64,000 nt of DNA. Origin: Candidatus Latescibacterota bacterium. GTDB taxonomy: Bacteria; Krumholzibacteriota; Krumholzibacteriia; WVZY01; JAKEHA01. Shown here piece by piece: positions 29,773-41,007 of this stretch (positions within the stretch are counted from its first letter, which is position 1; each line of letters begins with the position of its first letter). The notes beneath the pieces are model-generated. The model was not told the origin of the DNA, ran no database searches, and saw only the letters and a program-made list of their open reading frames with translations. The stretch is taken from contig OY970173.1 of NCBI GenBank assembly GCA_963707635.1, positions 2,603,663 to 2,667,662 on the forward strand. The letters run 5' to 3'. A program made the position numbers and the translations under genes.

Positions 29773-30384
29773 CTACTTCGCCGCCTTCAGCCGGCGCGCG
29801 ACTTCGTCCCAGTTGATCACGTTCCAGAAGGCGGTGACGTAATCCGGCCGGCGATTCTGGTACTTGAGATAGTAGGCGTGCTCCCAGACGTCGAGACCCA
29901 GGATCGGCGTCAGCCCCTCGGAGAGCGGCGAGTCCTGATTGGCGGTCGACGTCACCACGAGCGCGCCGTCCTTCTTCACCGAGAGCCAGGCCCAGCCGCT
30001 GCCGAAGCGCGTTTTCGCGGCGGTCTCGAACTGGGTCTTGAACGCGTCGAAGGCGCCGAACGCCTTCTCCATCGCACTGGCGAGGTCCCCCGCGGGCTTG
30101 CCGCCGCCACCTGGCTTCATGACGGTCCAGAACAGTTCGTGGTTCGCGTGACCCCCGCCGTGGTTTCGAATCACGGTGCGGATGTCTTCCGGGATCGAGG
30201 ACAGCTCGCGGAGCAAGTCGCCCACCGATTTCGTGGCCAGCTCCGGGTGTTTCTCGAGCGCGGCGTTTGCGTTGTCGATATAGGTCTGATGGTGCTTGGT
30301 GTAATGGATCTCCATCGTGCGCGCGTCGATGTGCGGCTCCAACGCGTCGTATGCGTACGGGAGTGCGGGTAGCTTGAACGCCAT
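29773..30384 (-). CDS. sodA: Fe/Mn superoxide dismutase
   Basis: [23 protein letters not shown]...[20 protein letters not shown] metal-ligand motifs; AAGGAG RBS. Confidence 0.85.
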   Translation of the reverse strand: MAFKLPALPYAYDALEPHIDARTMEIHYTKHHQTYIDNANAALEKHPELATKSVGDLLRELSSIPEDIRTVIRNHGGGHANHELFWTVMKPGGGGKPAGDLASAMEKAFGAFDAFKTQFETAAKTRFGSGWAWLSVKKDGALVVTSTANQDSPLSEGLTPILGLDVWEHAYYLKYQNRRPDYVTAFWNVINWDEVARRLKAAK

Positions 30385-30533
30385 GACGACTCCTTCGTTC
30401 GTTCGTGTGATCGGTGCTTCCGAAGCCGGCCGGGAGCCGGCGGGTGCCAGCAGGTCGCGCTCGCGTCGCCGGGCATGTTCCCAACGGCGGTTCGCACGGG
30501 GTCGGTGGAATGATACGCACGGGCACTCGGCCC

Positions 30534-30576
30534 GTCAAAGCCAAACCAGAAGCGCCGGTTCCAGGTCACCGGCGCT
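30534..30576 (-). terminator. rho-independent terminator after erpA (minus strand)
   Basis: On minus strand AGCGCCGG-UGACCUGGAA-CCGGCGCU followed by UCUGGUUUGGCUUUG, about 30 nt after erpA stop. Confidence 0.6.
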
Positions 30577-30604
30577 TTCGCAGGCCAACGAACCGATCGT
30601 TTCG

Positions 30605-30943
30605 CTAGACGGTGAACGACTCGCCGCAGCCGCAGGTGGCCTTGGCATTCGGGTTGGAGAAGACGAACCCCTTGCCGTTCAAGCCCGTGGTGTAGTCGAG
30701 GACGAGCCCGTGGAGGAAGAGCTTGCTCTTCTTGTCGACAACGATGCGCACGTCGCCATTCTGGATGATCATGTCCGATTCCGCGGCCGTCTCATCGATC
30801 ACCAGGTTATACATCAATCCCGAGCATCCCCCACCCTTCACCGAGACGCGCAAAAACGCATTCGCCGGGGTCTTGCTCTCCGCGGCGATACAATCCCGGA
30901 TCGCCTGTACGGCGCGTTCCGTCACGGTAATCATTCGATCCAA
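30605..30943 (-). CDS. erpA: A-type iron-sulfur cluster carrier (ErpA/IscA, HesB family)
   Basis: ...LRVSVKGGGCSGLMYNL... and C-terminal CGCGESF cysteine motif. Confidence 0.8.
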   Translation of the reverse strand: MDRMITVTERAVQAIRDCIAAESKTPANAFLRVSVKGGGCSGLMYNLVIDETAAESDMIIQNGDVRIVVDKKSKLFLHGLVLDYTTGLNGKGFVFSNPNAKATCGCGESFTV

Positions 30944-31046
30944 TCCTTCCTGTGCAGGCCCAGGGCGTTGCCGGCGCTGCGGTTACGCAGCAAATCCCGG
31001 GCCGGCCACGATCTCCCCGGTGATCCAAGTATAATGAACGGACCAA

Positions 31047-31910
31047 ATGGCCGTCAAACCCTTCACACTGGCCGCCCTCCTTCTCGCGTTCGCGGGAGCG
31101 GCATGGGCCGGGCCCTGGACCCGGGCGCGGGGAACCAGTTATTCCAAATTCACGGCCTCCTATCTCTATACCACAAGCGAGTACGACGCGAACGGCGAGC
31201 AGGTGCCGATTCTCACCAGCAACCCCCTCGTGCAATCGGCGGCCTATCGAGACGTCTCCTTGTCGAGCTACGTCGAGTACGGGATCCGCGACCAGCTCAC
31301 CCTGGTGGCTTCACTCCCCTTTAGGATCCTCACGTCGCGACGGACGGAACTCTCGAGCGACGCGACCATCGAGCGCGAGGTCGACGTCACCAACGCCGGG
31401 CTGGCCGACCTCTGGGTGGGACTGCGGCGCGCGCTCCGGCGCGGGCGCTATCCGGTCGCGATCGACGCCGGGATCAAAGCCCCGCTGGGTTACGACCGCA
31501 CCCCGGACAACGGCGGGCCGGCGCTCGGGACCGGATACGCGGACGCGGAGTTCGCGCTGTCCGCCGGCTACGGGGCTCGCCATGCGTACGGGGTCATCCG
31601 CGCGGGGTATCGCGTGTACGGCGGTGATCTCGACAACGCCGCGGGGCTGGCGGCCGAAATGGGCGCTCATCGCGACCCCGTATTCGTCAAGCTCGAGCTC
31701 GACGCGTGGCGTTCCTCCGGCGAGATCCTCCCCCTGGACGTGAGTTCTACCACCGTCGTCCCCAACCAGGACGTGACCACGCTGGTAGCGGCGCTCGGCA
31801 TGCGGGCGAGCGAGCAGGTCTCTCTGGCTCTCGAGACCTATTACGTGCTGGCCGGGAAGAACGTCGCGACTGGAACTACCGTCGCGCTGACGTTGATCCT
31901 GGCCCGGTGA
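31047..31910 (+). CDS. secreted hypothetical protein, probable outer-membrane beta-barrel
   Basis: Signal peptide MAVKPFTLAALLLAFAGAAWA; alternating beta-strand pattern; perfect -10 TATAAT at 31030-31035 just upstream. Confidence 0.55.
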   Translation: MAVKPFTLAALLLAFAGAAWAGPWTRARGTSYSKFTASYLYTTSEYDANGEQVPILTSNPLVQSAAYRDVSLSSYVEYGIRDQLTLVASLPFRILTSRRTELSSDATIEREVDVTNAGLADLWVGLRRALRRGRYPVAIDAGIKAPLGYDRTPDNGGPALGTGYADAEFALSAGYGARHAYGVIRAGYRVYGGDLDNAAGLAAEMGAHRDPVFVKLELDAWRSSGEILPLDVSSTTVVPNQDVTTLVAALGMRASEQVSLALETYYVLAGKNVATGTTVALTLILAR

Positions 31911-31994
31911 ATTCCACCAAATACCGGGCGAACATGCGCCGGCGTGCGGTATAATGGGGCCATCCCCAACCGGTACGTCAAAGGGAGTACAACC

Positions 31995-32951
31995 ATGATC
32001 CGTTGGCTGACAGTGGCCGTGGCCGTCGGGCTGTTCGGGGCTCCCGCCCTGGCAAGTCCGCGCCTGCTGGTGGTTTCCAAAAAGAGCCACTCGCTGCAGG
32101 CGTTTGACGCCGTTTCGTATGCGAAGCAGTTCGAGATCGACGTTTCCGGCGAACCCCACGTGGTCGTCACCTCGGCGGACGGGAAGTTCGCATACGTGGC
32201 GGACTTTGGCGGAACCACCAACCTTCTATCGATCATCGATCTCGATCAGAAGCTCGTCACCGGCACGGTCAGCTTCAAGCCCTCCCTCAGAGCCCACGGC
32301 CTGGCGGTTACGCGCGATGGTTCGCGGCTGTTCGCTACGTGCGAGGCCTCGCGTGCGGTGGCCGAGGTGGACCTGCCGGGGCGCAAGGTGGCCCGCAAGT
32401 TCAAACTCAACTTCGACAACTGCCACCTACTCGCGCTCTCGCCCGACGAAACCACCCTGTTCGTGACGAGCGCCTTCGACGGCAACGTGACGATGTTCAA
32501 CACCACGACGGGAGAAGTGACCTACGCGCTCAAGACGGGAAAGGGCGCCGAGGGGGTGGACGTGTCGCCCGACGGGCGTCAGCTTTGGGTGGTGAACCGG
32601 ACCTACCAGAACATCAGTGTGATCGACATCCCGACCCACCATGTCGTGGAAAACGTGCTTTGCGAGGGCAGCCCGATGCGCGTCGAGCTTTCTCCGGACG
32701 GGAAGACGGCGGCCGTCACGTGCTCGTCGTCCGGCGACCTCGTTTTCATCGATACCGCGACACGCAAGGAGGCCGCGCGCATCCCGGCCGGGATCTACCC
32801 CTCCGAGATCGTCTTCGATCAGGACGGCTCGCGCTGTTTCGTCACCGACGCGCGCACCGCGGAAGTCATCGTGGTCGACCGGGCCGCCCGCAAGGTCTTG
32901 CAGCGATTCTCTGTCGGCCCCGACCCGGAGGGCATCGCCTTCGTCCCCTGA
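31995..32951 (+). CDS. YVTN-family beta-propeller repeat protein (secreted)
   Basis: ATG 31995 with AAGGGAG RBS; signal peptide MIRWLTVAVAVGLFGAPALA; repeated ...YVADFGGTTNLLSIIDL / LFVTSAFDGNVTMFN / LWVVNRTYQNISVIDI blades. Perfect TATAAT at 31950-31955. Confidence 0.7.
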   Translation: MIRWLTVAVAVGLFGAPALASPRLLVVSKKSHSLQAFDAVSYAKQFEIDVSGEPHVVVTSADGKFAYVADFGGTTNLLSIIDLDQKLVTGTVSFKPSLRAHGLAVTRDGSRLFATCEASRAVAEVDLPGRKVARKFKLNFDNCHLLALSPDETTLFVTSAFDGNVTMFNTTTGEVTYALKTGKGAEGVDVSPDGRQLWVVNRTYQNISVIDIPTHHVVENVLCEGSPMRVELSPDGKTAAVTCSSSGDLVFIDTATRKEAARIPAGIYPSEIVFDQDGSRCFVTDARTAEVIVVDRAARKVLQRFSVGPDPEGIAFVP

Positions 32952-32956
32952 CCCGG

Positions 32957-33703
32957 TTACCGCTTCTCGAACGACGCGTGCTCGTCCGCGGACGAGACGC
33001 GGATTCCGGTCACATCCACCTTCCCGCGCCCCGTCGCCAGTTTGACGGCACCGAACGAGGTCCAGTTCGTCCACGGGAGTGTGAAGCGCGGAGCCGGGTC
33101 GGAGGCGAGCTTGTAGTAGCACCATTGGCTCACCAGCCCGCTCTCACGGTCCACGAACACGTCGTACTTGTTGTCGGGCGTGTCACCGACGCCCTTGAAG
33201 GTCAGCACCAGCATGTCGGCGGCGCGGCCGTCCTCGGTCGCCTTTTCGCCCGCGTAGCGCAGCGTGACGCCCGAATCCTTGAGCTTGTACGGCATCAACA
33301 GCCAGTACGAATCGTTGATCCAGATCGAGGTCGCGTCCTTGAGGATCGCCGCCAGCGCCCCGGGGTTCGTCACCTCGCTTCCCTTGCTCCACGCGCGACC
33401 GACGCCCGTGGTCACGTTCATGACGACGGTGAGCGTGTCGGCGTCCAGCCGGTACTCGCCAGTCCACTTGTTCCACAGGTGTGTCCGCCCGAAGATGGTC
33501 CACCCGATCGTCTGCACCGCGTCCCAGTTCGCGCGCCCGCCCATCATTTCCATGGTGTGATCGGCGATCTGCATCGCCCGCTGATCCGAGCCGGCCTCGT
33601 CGAACCCCTGTGCCGGGGGATTCGACCCGGCGAACGCCGTCGCGGCGATCGCCCACACCAAGAGCGCTGCGGCGCCGTCCGTTCGCACTCTGATACGCTT
33701 CAT
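32957..33703 (-). CDS. secreted hypothetical protein
   Basis: Signal peptide MKRIRVRTDGAAALLVWAIAATAFAGS; no recognisable motif. Confidence 0.5.
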   Translation of the reverse strand: MKRIRVRTDGAAALLVWAIAATAFAGSNPPAQGFDEAGSDQRAMQIADHTMEMMGGRANWDAVQTIGWTIFGRTHLWNKWTGEYRLDADTLTVVMNVTTGVGRAWSKGSEVTNPGALAAILKDATSIWINDSYWLLMPYKLKDSGVTLRYAGEKATEDGRAADMLVLTFKGVGDTPDNKYDVFVDRESGLVSQWCYYKLASDPAPRFTLPWTNWTSFGAVKLATGRGKVDVTGIRVSSADEHASFEKR

Positions 33704-33707
33704 GTCG

Positions 33708-34469
33708 TTACTCCTTCCGGGTCACCGTTCCGTCGTCCGCCACCTCGAAACGCGAGAGCGGCTCCGTGAGCGCCACCGCGTTGGGCCAGGTTTCGACCTC
33801 GCGCACGACCTGCTCTCGCTCCACGGTGCGGATGTGCACCGCGAAACTCACCCGCGGCCGAAATCCGCGCTCGGCCAGCCGCTTTCCGAACGGGTAGGTG
33901 AGAAACCAGAACGGAACCACCCCAACGTCGATTGCGGCGTCGATCACGCCCGCGGATCGCAGCGACTTCTCGGCGATGATGCCGTCTCCCAGGTGCAGCA
34001 CCGTTCGGCCGTCGAGCGTCACCAGTAGCCCCAGGTGCTCGACGTCGCCGTAGTTCACTTTGCCGTGACTCAATCCAAAGCCGTCGACGCGGATACCCCC
34101 CACGTCCACACCGCCGACCACGCCCTCGGTCGCGGGCAGCGTGTGCATCCGCCCCGCGAAGGCGCCGCCGGTGGCCGCGCGCAATGCGGCCGCCGCCTGC
34201 GAGGTCGACACGAACACGGCGCGCGGGTTCGCACCCAGATGCGTCGCCACTGCACCCGCGTCGAAATGGTCCGCGTGGTGGTGCGTCGCCAGAATCGCGT
34301 CGACCGCGTCGAACGGCGGTCGGGCCCGGCGCAGCGCGTCGAGCGCGACCGCATCCGGCATTCCAAACGGCGTCGCCTCGTCCGAGTACAGCCCGTCGAT
34401 CAGGACGCTTCCCGCGCGGGAGCGCACCAGCACGCCTTCGCAGCCGAGGTAGGTGAGCTCCAGCGGCAT
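33708..34469 (-). CDS. MBL-fold metallo-hydrolase
   Basis: HHHADH (HxHxDH) motif and downstream His/Asp ligands. Confidence 0.7.
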   Translation of the reverse strand: MPLELTYLGCEGVLVRSRAGSVLIDGLYSDEATPFGMPDAVALDALRRARPPFDAVDAILATHHHADHFDAGAVATHLGANPRAVFVSTSQAAAALRAATGGAFAGRMHTLPATEGVVGGVDVGGIRVDGFGLSHGKVNYGDVEHLGLLVTLDGRTVLHLGDGIIAEKSLRSAGVIDAAIDVGVVPFWFLTYPFGKRLAERGFRPRVSFAVHIRTVEREQVVREVETWPNAVALTEPLSRFEVADDGTVTRKE

Positions 34470-34589
34470 TGCCGAATCCTAGCACAAACGACCGGGACGG
34501 ATGGGCGTGGCACTGCCCGTCGTAACCCGGGACCGAACCTGATGCTCCGCGCGCCCGATTGGGTTGCACCCCACCTCCTACGGCAGTAA

Positions 34590-36554
<1,965 letters not shown>

Positions 36555-36571
36555 CGTTGCCGCTCGGCCGG

Positions 36572-36666
36572 GCAGTCGATATATCGGACTCCGCGCTCAT
36601 GCGCTCGCGCGCACATGTGGGAATGCGCGACTCGCGAAATCGCGCTTCGCCCGATATATCGACTGC
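36572..36666. repeat. palindromic intergenic repeat element, family 1 (copy B)
   Basis: Perfect 15-bp terminal inverted repeats GCAGTCGATATATCG...CGATATATCGACTGC; internal imperfect palindrome; between convergent thiC and TPR/HEAT gene. Confidence 0.7.
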
Positions 36667-36685
36667 CTACGATGGGGGTCCTATA

Positions 36686-38287
36686 CTACTTCCCTAGCAG
36701 CTCGCGCAGCGCCTTCTTCGCCGCGGGAGTTCCGATCTCGCCCAGCGCCTGCACCGCGGCCCGGCGCGTGTCGCGGTTCGAATCGGTGCGCGCCACGTCC
36801 GAGAGAGTGGGGACGGCGTCGTCGCTTTCCGACTCACCCAGGGCCCACACGATCGTGCGGCGCGCGTCCGGGTCCTTCGTCCCCTTGAGCATCTCGACCA
36901 GCGACGCCACCGACTCCTCCCCGCCATTGTCGAGCGTCGCAAACAGCGCCGCCTTGCGCACCTCTTCGAAGGGCGACTTGCGGTACACCTCGAGAAAGAA
37001 CGAGGCGTCGTCGTCGTCCAGCACCTCCATCAGGCCGTAGACGGCGGCCTTCGCCAGTTCCTCGTTCTTCTGATCGAGCGCGGCGGCCTTCATCGACTCG
37101 ATCGCCGCCGGTCCGCCGTGTTCGGCCAGCGCGTAGAACGCGGCCTTCTTGACCTCGGGGTCGTCCGAACTCTTCACGATTTCGTTGAGCACGGGCACCA
37201 CCGAGGGGTCGTCGACCTCGGCGAGCGCGTATACCGCGGCGCGGCGCAGCTCCTCTGCGTCATCGCCGGGTTCCTTGCCCAGCGCGATCTGCTTCAGGGT
37301 CGGCACGATGTTTTCGTTGTCCCGCTCGACCAGCGCGTACAGGGCCGCCTTCCTGACCTCGATCGACTTCGTCGTCTGGAGCACGTGTTGCAGCGCCTTG
37401 GTCGCCGCGGGGTCGTCGACCTCCGAGAGCGCGTAGGTGGCCGCCTTCTGCATCTCCTCGTCGGTGTCGGTCATGGCCACGTCGACCAGGATCTTGGTCA
37501 CGTCCGGGCGGTCGACTTCAGCGATGGCGTAGAGAATGTGCCGGCGAATGTCGGGGTCCTTCTCCGTCTTCATGATGGCGACCATGGTGTCGATCACCCG
37601 CTCGTCGTCGGGGTACTCGGAGATGGCGTAGATCGCATGGCGGCGCACGTCGGGATCCGGATCCGTCCGGGCGGCGTCGATCATTATGTCCAGCACCCGC
37701 GGGTCGTCCACGTCCGAGAGCATGTAGACGGCGTGCTTGCGCACGTCGGCGTTCTTCGAGTTCTTGAGCAATGAGGAAACCGTGTCGAGAATCTGGTCGT
37801 TGTCTTCGCTGTCCATCAACGCGTACAGCACTGCCATGGTGAACTCGGGATCCTCGTCGTCCCCCGCCGGCACCTTGAACGACTCGAGCGCGGCTTTCCC
37901 GCGCGGGTCGCCGGCATCCGCCATGCGCTTCGCCAGCTTGACGTACTCGTTGCGCGCGTCGTCCGACCACTTGCCGTCCGGATACCTCTTCAGAAAACTC
38001 GCATAACAGTCGAACGATTCCGCGTAGTCGCGCGTCGAACGCTCGAGCGCATAGCACTTCCAGAAGTCCGCGGCCTCGACCCACTTGCTCTTCGGGTAGG
38101 ACTTCAGGAACTGCTGCGCGGCCTCGTACGCCTGCTGATAGCGCTCGTCGTAGATGAGGTCCTGCAGATCCTCGTACGCCTGCTCGGTGTGGTCCTTCTT
38201 CTCCTCCGCGCGCGCCACGGGCGCCAGAAGATGAATCGCCAGGACCACCGCCGCAGTCGCCAGAATGCCAGTTGCACGTCGCTTCAT
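36686..38287 (-). CDS. TPR (YbgF/BamD-like) + HEAT/PBS-lyase repeat protein, secreted
   Basis: ATG comp. 38285-38287 with AGGAGGAAGAGGA RBS; signal peptide MKRRATGILATAAVVLAIHLLAPVARA; N-terminal ...YPKSKW...YPDGKW... TPR-like; about 10 repeats of D-x-x-VR-x-x-A-x-YAL HEAT-like units. 5' half of track ORF is noise. Confidence 0.65.
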   Translation of the reverse strand: MKRRATGILATAAVVLAIHLLAPVARAEEKKDHTEQAYEDLQDLIYDERYQQAYEAAQQFLKSYPKSKWVEAADFWKCYALERSTRDYAESFDCYASFLKRYPDGKWSDDARNEYVKLAKRMADAGDPRGKAALESFKVPAGDDEDPEFTMAVLYALMDSEDNDQILDTVSSLLKNSKNADVRKHAVYMLSDVDDPRVLDIMIDAARTDPDPDVRRHAIYAISEYPDDERVIDTMVAIMKTEKDPDIRRHILYAIAEVDRPDVTKILVDVAMTDTDEEMQKAATYALSEVDDPAATKALQHVLQTTKSIEVRKAALYALVERDNENIVPTLKQIALGKEPGDDAEELRRAAVYALAEVDDPSVVPVLNEIVKSSDDPEVKKAAFYALAEHGGPAAIESMKAAALDQKNEELAKAAVYGLMEVLDDDDASFFLEVYRKSPFEEVRKAALFATLDNGGEESVASLVEMLKGTKDPDARRTIVWALGESESDDAVPTLSDVARTDSNRDTRRAAVQALGEIGTPAAKKALRELLGK

Positions 38288-38298
38288 TCCTCTTCCTC

Positions 38299-39240
38299 CT
38301 AGTCGATGACGTCCGCCGTGGACGCCCGGGAGCCGGCGCTGCCGGACTCCCGCATCTGTTCCAGATTGATGCGCAGCAAGACGCCTTCCCGTTCGAGCCG
38401 GCCGCGAATCACATCCACGGACTCGAGGTCCGCGTCCGCTTCCAGGTGCGCGATCTCGCGGAGAATCAGTTCGAGCTGGTCGACCAATTCGAGCAGCCGG
38501 CGGTCGTCGCGCGAGAGCGTCTTGCGCACCTCCCGCCCCTCGACGAGGAGCGCCCCCGCACGCGTGCGGCCGCTTCCCACCTCGGCGGCGTAGTTCTCGC
38601 CCGGGTCCGCGTTCAACAGCGCCAGCAGCACCACCTGCGAACGCTCGATGTACCGCAGCGCCGCGTCGTTGTTCGACGCGGCCACCACCGGGGCCGGCGC
38701 GGTGCCCCCCGGGTTGGTCTGTTCCCCGGCGGGAGCGTCGATCGCGGGCAGTGTTTCGCCGGTTGCGCGGACCGCGGGCGTGGTGTCGGCGCGATCGTGG
38801 ACACCGGCGTCGGCGGGTGCGCGCGACCCGTCCGCGAGATCCCCCGTGGTCGATTTTCCCGCGGGCGGCGACGGGCTCGGCGCCAGCGCCGAACGTCCGA
38901 TCCACACCCCCGCGGCGAGAATGAGAACGGCGGCAGCCACACGGAATCCCCACGACCCGAAAAGCTGCCGCCGTTCCGGCCTGGACGCGTCCCGGGCGCC
39001 CGAGTCCGCGCCCGCCAGGCGCCGCTCGAGCCGTTCCCAGTACGTGTCCCAGTAGTCCGCGCCCGGATCCGGGCGCCGGCGCGCGCTCATCGCGTCGAGC
39101 GTCACGCGCATCTCTTCGACGAGTTTCGCGCAGGCGGCGCATTCGCGCACGTGCGCGTCAAAGGCAAGCTGGCGCTCGCCGTCCAGCTCCCCGTAGAGTG
39201 ATTCCACCATCCAGTCTCGATAGCGATTGCACGCGCTCAT
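38299..39240 (-). CDS. anti-sigma factor (zf-HC2 zinc-finger, single TM)
   Basis: HVRECAACAKL zinc-finger motif, central TM helix FRVAAAVLILAAGVWIG, ATG overlaps sigma stop (ATGA). Confidence 0.7.
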   Translation of the reverse strand: MSACNRYRDWMVESLYGELDGERQLAFDAHVRECAACAKLVEEMRVTLDAMSARRRPDPGADYWDTYWERLERRLAGADSGARDASRPERRQLFGSWGFRVAAAVLILAAGVWIGRSALAPSPSPPAGKSTTGDLADGSRAPADAGVHDRADTTPAVRATGETLPAIDAPAGEQTNPGGTAPAPVVAASNNDAALRYIERSQVVLLALLNADPGENYAAEVGSGRTRAGALLVEGREVRKTLSRDDRRLLELVDQLELILREIAHLEADADLESVDVIRGRLEREGVLLRINLEQMRESGSAGSRASTADVID

Positions 39241-39815
39241 GCCAGATCACCCACTTCATCGCGGTAGTGCGCGAGGCGGTCGCGCAGCTTGCGGATCGAG
39301 CGAAACAGCAGACTCTTCACGGTGCCCTCCGCGATCGCGAGCGACGATGAAATCTCCCGGATCGGCATGTCGTGGTAGTGGCGCAGAACGAACACGCTGC
39401 GCTCCTGCGCCGAGAGCACGTCCATCGCGCGCTCGACGTCGGCCTTGAACCGCGCCCGCCCCGCGAGCCGGTCGGGGTGCGGCATGGCGCCGTCCACGAG
39501 CTCGCGCGGGGCCTCCTCGCCGCCGTCCTCGCTCGACGGAGCGAAGTCGATGCTCACGAGTGTGACCGGCTTCCTGCGTTTTGAATCGATGTGTGCATTC
39601 ATGGTGATCCGGTACAGCCAGCTGGCCAGTTTGGCGTCGGCGCGAAAACTCCCGATCGCGCGATACGCCTTGATGAAAACTTCCTGCGACAGATCCTCCG
39701 CGTCGTGGTGGTTTCCCGACAGGTCGTAGGCCAGCGCGTAGACGTCGCGCTTGTGACCCTCGACCATCTCCCGGAACGCCGCCGCGTCTCCGCGCTGCAG
39801 GCGCTCCACCAGCAT
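39237..39815 (-). CDS. RNA polymerase ECF-type sigma-70 factor
   Basis: Region 2 (DLSQEVFIKAYRAIGSF) and region 4 (LSAQERSVFVLRHYHDMPIREISSSLAIAEGTVKSLL) motifs; start placed at ATG comp. 39813-39815 (MLVERLQRGD...) after upstream gene stop; GTG at 39866 is an alternative. Confidence 0.7.
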   Translation of the reverse strand: MLVERLQRGDAAAFREMVEGHKRDVYALAYDLSGNHHDAEDLSQEVFIKAYRAIGSFRADAKLASWLYRITMNAHIDSKRRKPVTLVSIDFAPSSEDGGEEAPRELVDGAMPHPDRLAGRARFKADVERAMDVLSAQERSVFVLRHYHDMPIREISSSLAIAEGTVKSLLFRSIRKLRDRLAHYRDEVGDLA

Positions 39816-39846
39816 CCGCTCGTCCAGCACCGGGAACAGCGGCGAG

Positions 39847-40674
39847 CTAGCGCTCCCCGTCCTCACCGCGTATCCGAATGGTGCCGTTGACCGCGTCGAC
39901 GTTGATGCTCGCGCCGCCGTCTCCGATGGTTCCCCGCAGCGACGCGCCGACGATGTCGTGCTTGGACACGGTGAGCCCCAGGTCGTTCACGATGGAGCCG
40001 TTGACCGTGCTGGCCCGCACGCGTGCGCCCCCCTTCTTCGGAAGGGTCACGTCGACGGTGCCGTTGACCGTCTGCAGCTTGATCGACGCCGATGCATCCA
40101 GCTGCTCGAACGCCACCTCGAGGGTTCCGTTTACGGTCGAGAGATCGACGTCTCCGGAAAGCTCCGACGCGGTCAGTGCGCCGTTGACGCACGACGCCTG
40201 CACGCGGCCGGAAAGTCCGTCGACGTCGAGGTCGCCGTTTACGAGCGAGACCTCGTCGATGCGGATGGTGCGCGGCACCTTGATCTCGAAGTCGACGGTG
40301 GCGCCTTCGCCGTCGTAGTCGTGGTGCCAATTCGTCTCCCTCGTGAACTCGGCGCGGATGCTGACGTGATCGCCCTCGGCTTCCATCTGGACCTCGAGGT
40401 CGTCCAGCCTGGACTGCGACGTGGCACGCTTCGTCGCCTCGATGCTCACCTCGTTGCGCTCCCAGGTGCTGATGCGGACATCGCCGTTGATGTTCTCGAG
40501 GCTCAGGCGGCCCTCCGACTTGAGCGGAAAGGTGTCGCTCAGCTTCTCGGTGTACGCGTATGAGTTCTTGTACTCCTTGCCGGATTGCTTCCGGTCCTTT
40601 CCCTGCAACGGGGCGGCGACCAGGACGACGGCCACCACCACCAGCGACAGCATGATTGTTCGCGCGCGAAGCAT
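39847..40674 (-). CDS. DUF4097 family beta-strand repeat protein (YvlB-like putative adhesin), signal-anchored
   Basis: ATG comp. 40672-40674 with GAGGAGGAA RBS; MLRARTIMLSLVVVAVVLVAAPLQG; repeated VNGxL/I-xV motifs; 5' part of track ORF is noise. Confidence 0.65.
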   Translation of the reverse strand: MLRARTIMLSLVVVAVVLVAAPLQGKDRKQSGKEYKNSYAYTEKLSDTFPLKSEGRLSLENINGDVRISTWERNEVSIEATKRATSQSRLDDLEVQMEAEGDHVSIRAEFTRETNWHHDYDGEGATVDFEIKVPRTIRIDEVSLVNGDLDVDGLSGRVQASCVNGALTASELSGDVDLSTVNGTLEVAFEQLDASASIKLQTVNGTVDVTLPKKGGARVRASTVNGSIVNDLGLTVSKHDIVGASLRGTIGDGGASINVDAVNGTIRIRGEDGER

Positions 40675-40723
40675 GTCGTTCCTCCTCGTCGGTTGGGGAA
40701 TCAGTTCAATGCGTATAGGTGTG

Positions 40724-40752
40724 AGACGGATTCGGGCGGCGTAAAGTTTACA
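40724..40752 (-). promoter_or_regulatory. candidate ECF-sigma-type promoter for DUF4097-sigma-antisigma operon
   Basis: On minus strand TGTAAAC-N16-CCGTCT (cf. ECF AAC...CGT consensus) about 49 nt upstream of ATG. Confidence 0.3.
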
Positions 40753-40847
40753 CCCGGGCCGGGAAAGGCGCCGAAGTTCTCGGCCGGCCAGCGGTTTGAC
40801 AGGGAGGCACCCGTCGGCTAGTCTCCGCGACAACCTGCGCGCCCTGT

Positions 40848-40937
40848 TGGCGGGATGCACTCCCTCAAGACGCCAATCCGCAGTCGCGCATATCAACGTG
40901 CGCGCGGGAGGACGGCGGCGGAGGGAGTGCATCCCGC
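40848..40937. repeat. palindromic intergenic repeat element, family 2 (copy B, inverted relative to copy A)
   Basis: Perfect 18-bp inverted repeat GGCGGGATGCACTCCCTC...GAGGGAGTGCATCCCGCC flanking a core that is the reverse complement of the 22949-23036 core. Confidence 0.7.
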
Positions 40938-41007
40938 CTCAGACGACACCTAACCAGTTTGCATACAACGAGTTTCCCCGTACTCCTCATCCAAAGCGAG
41001 ACTGTCC

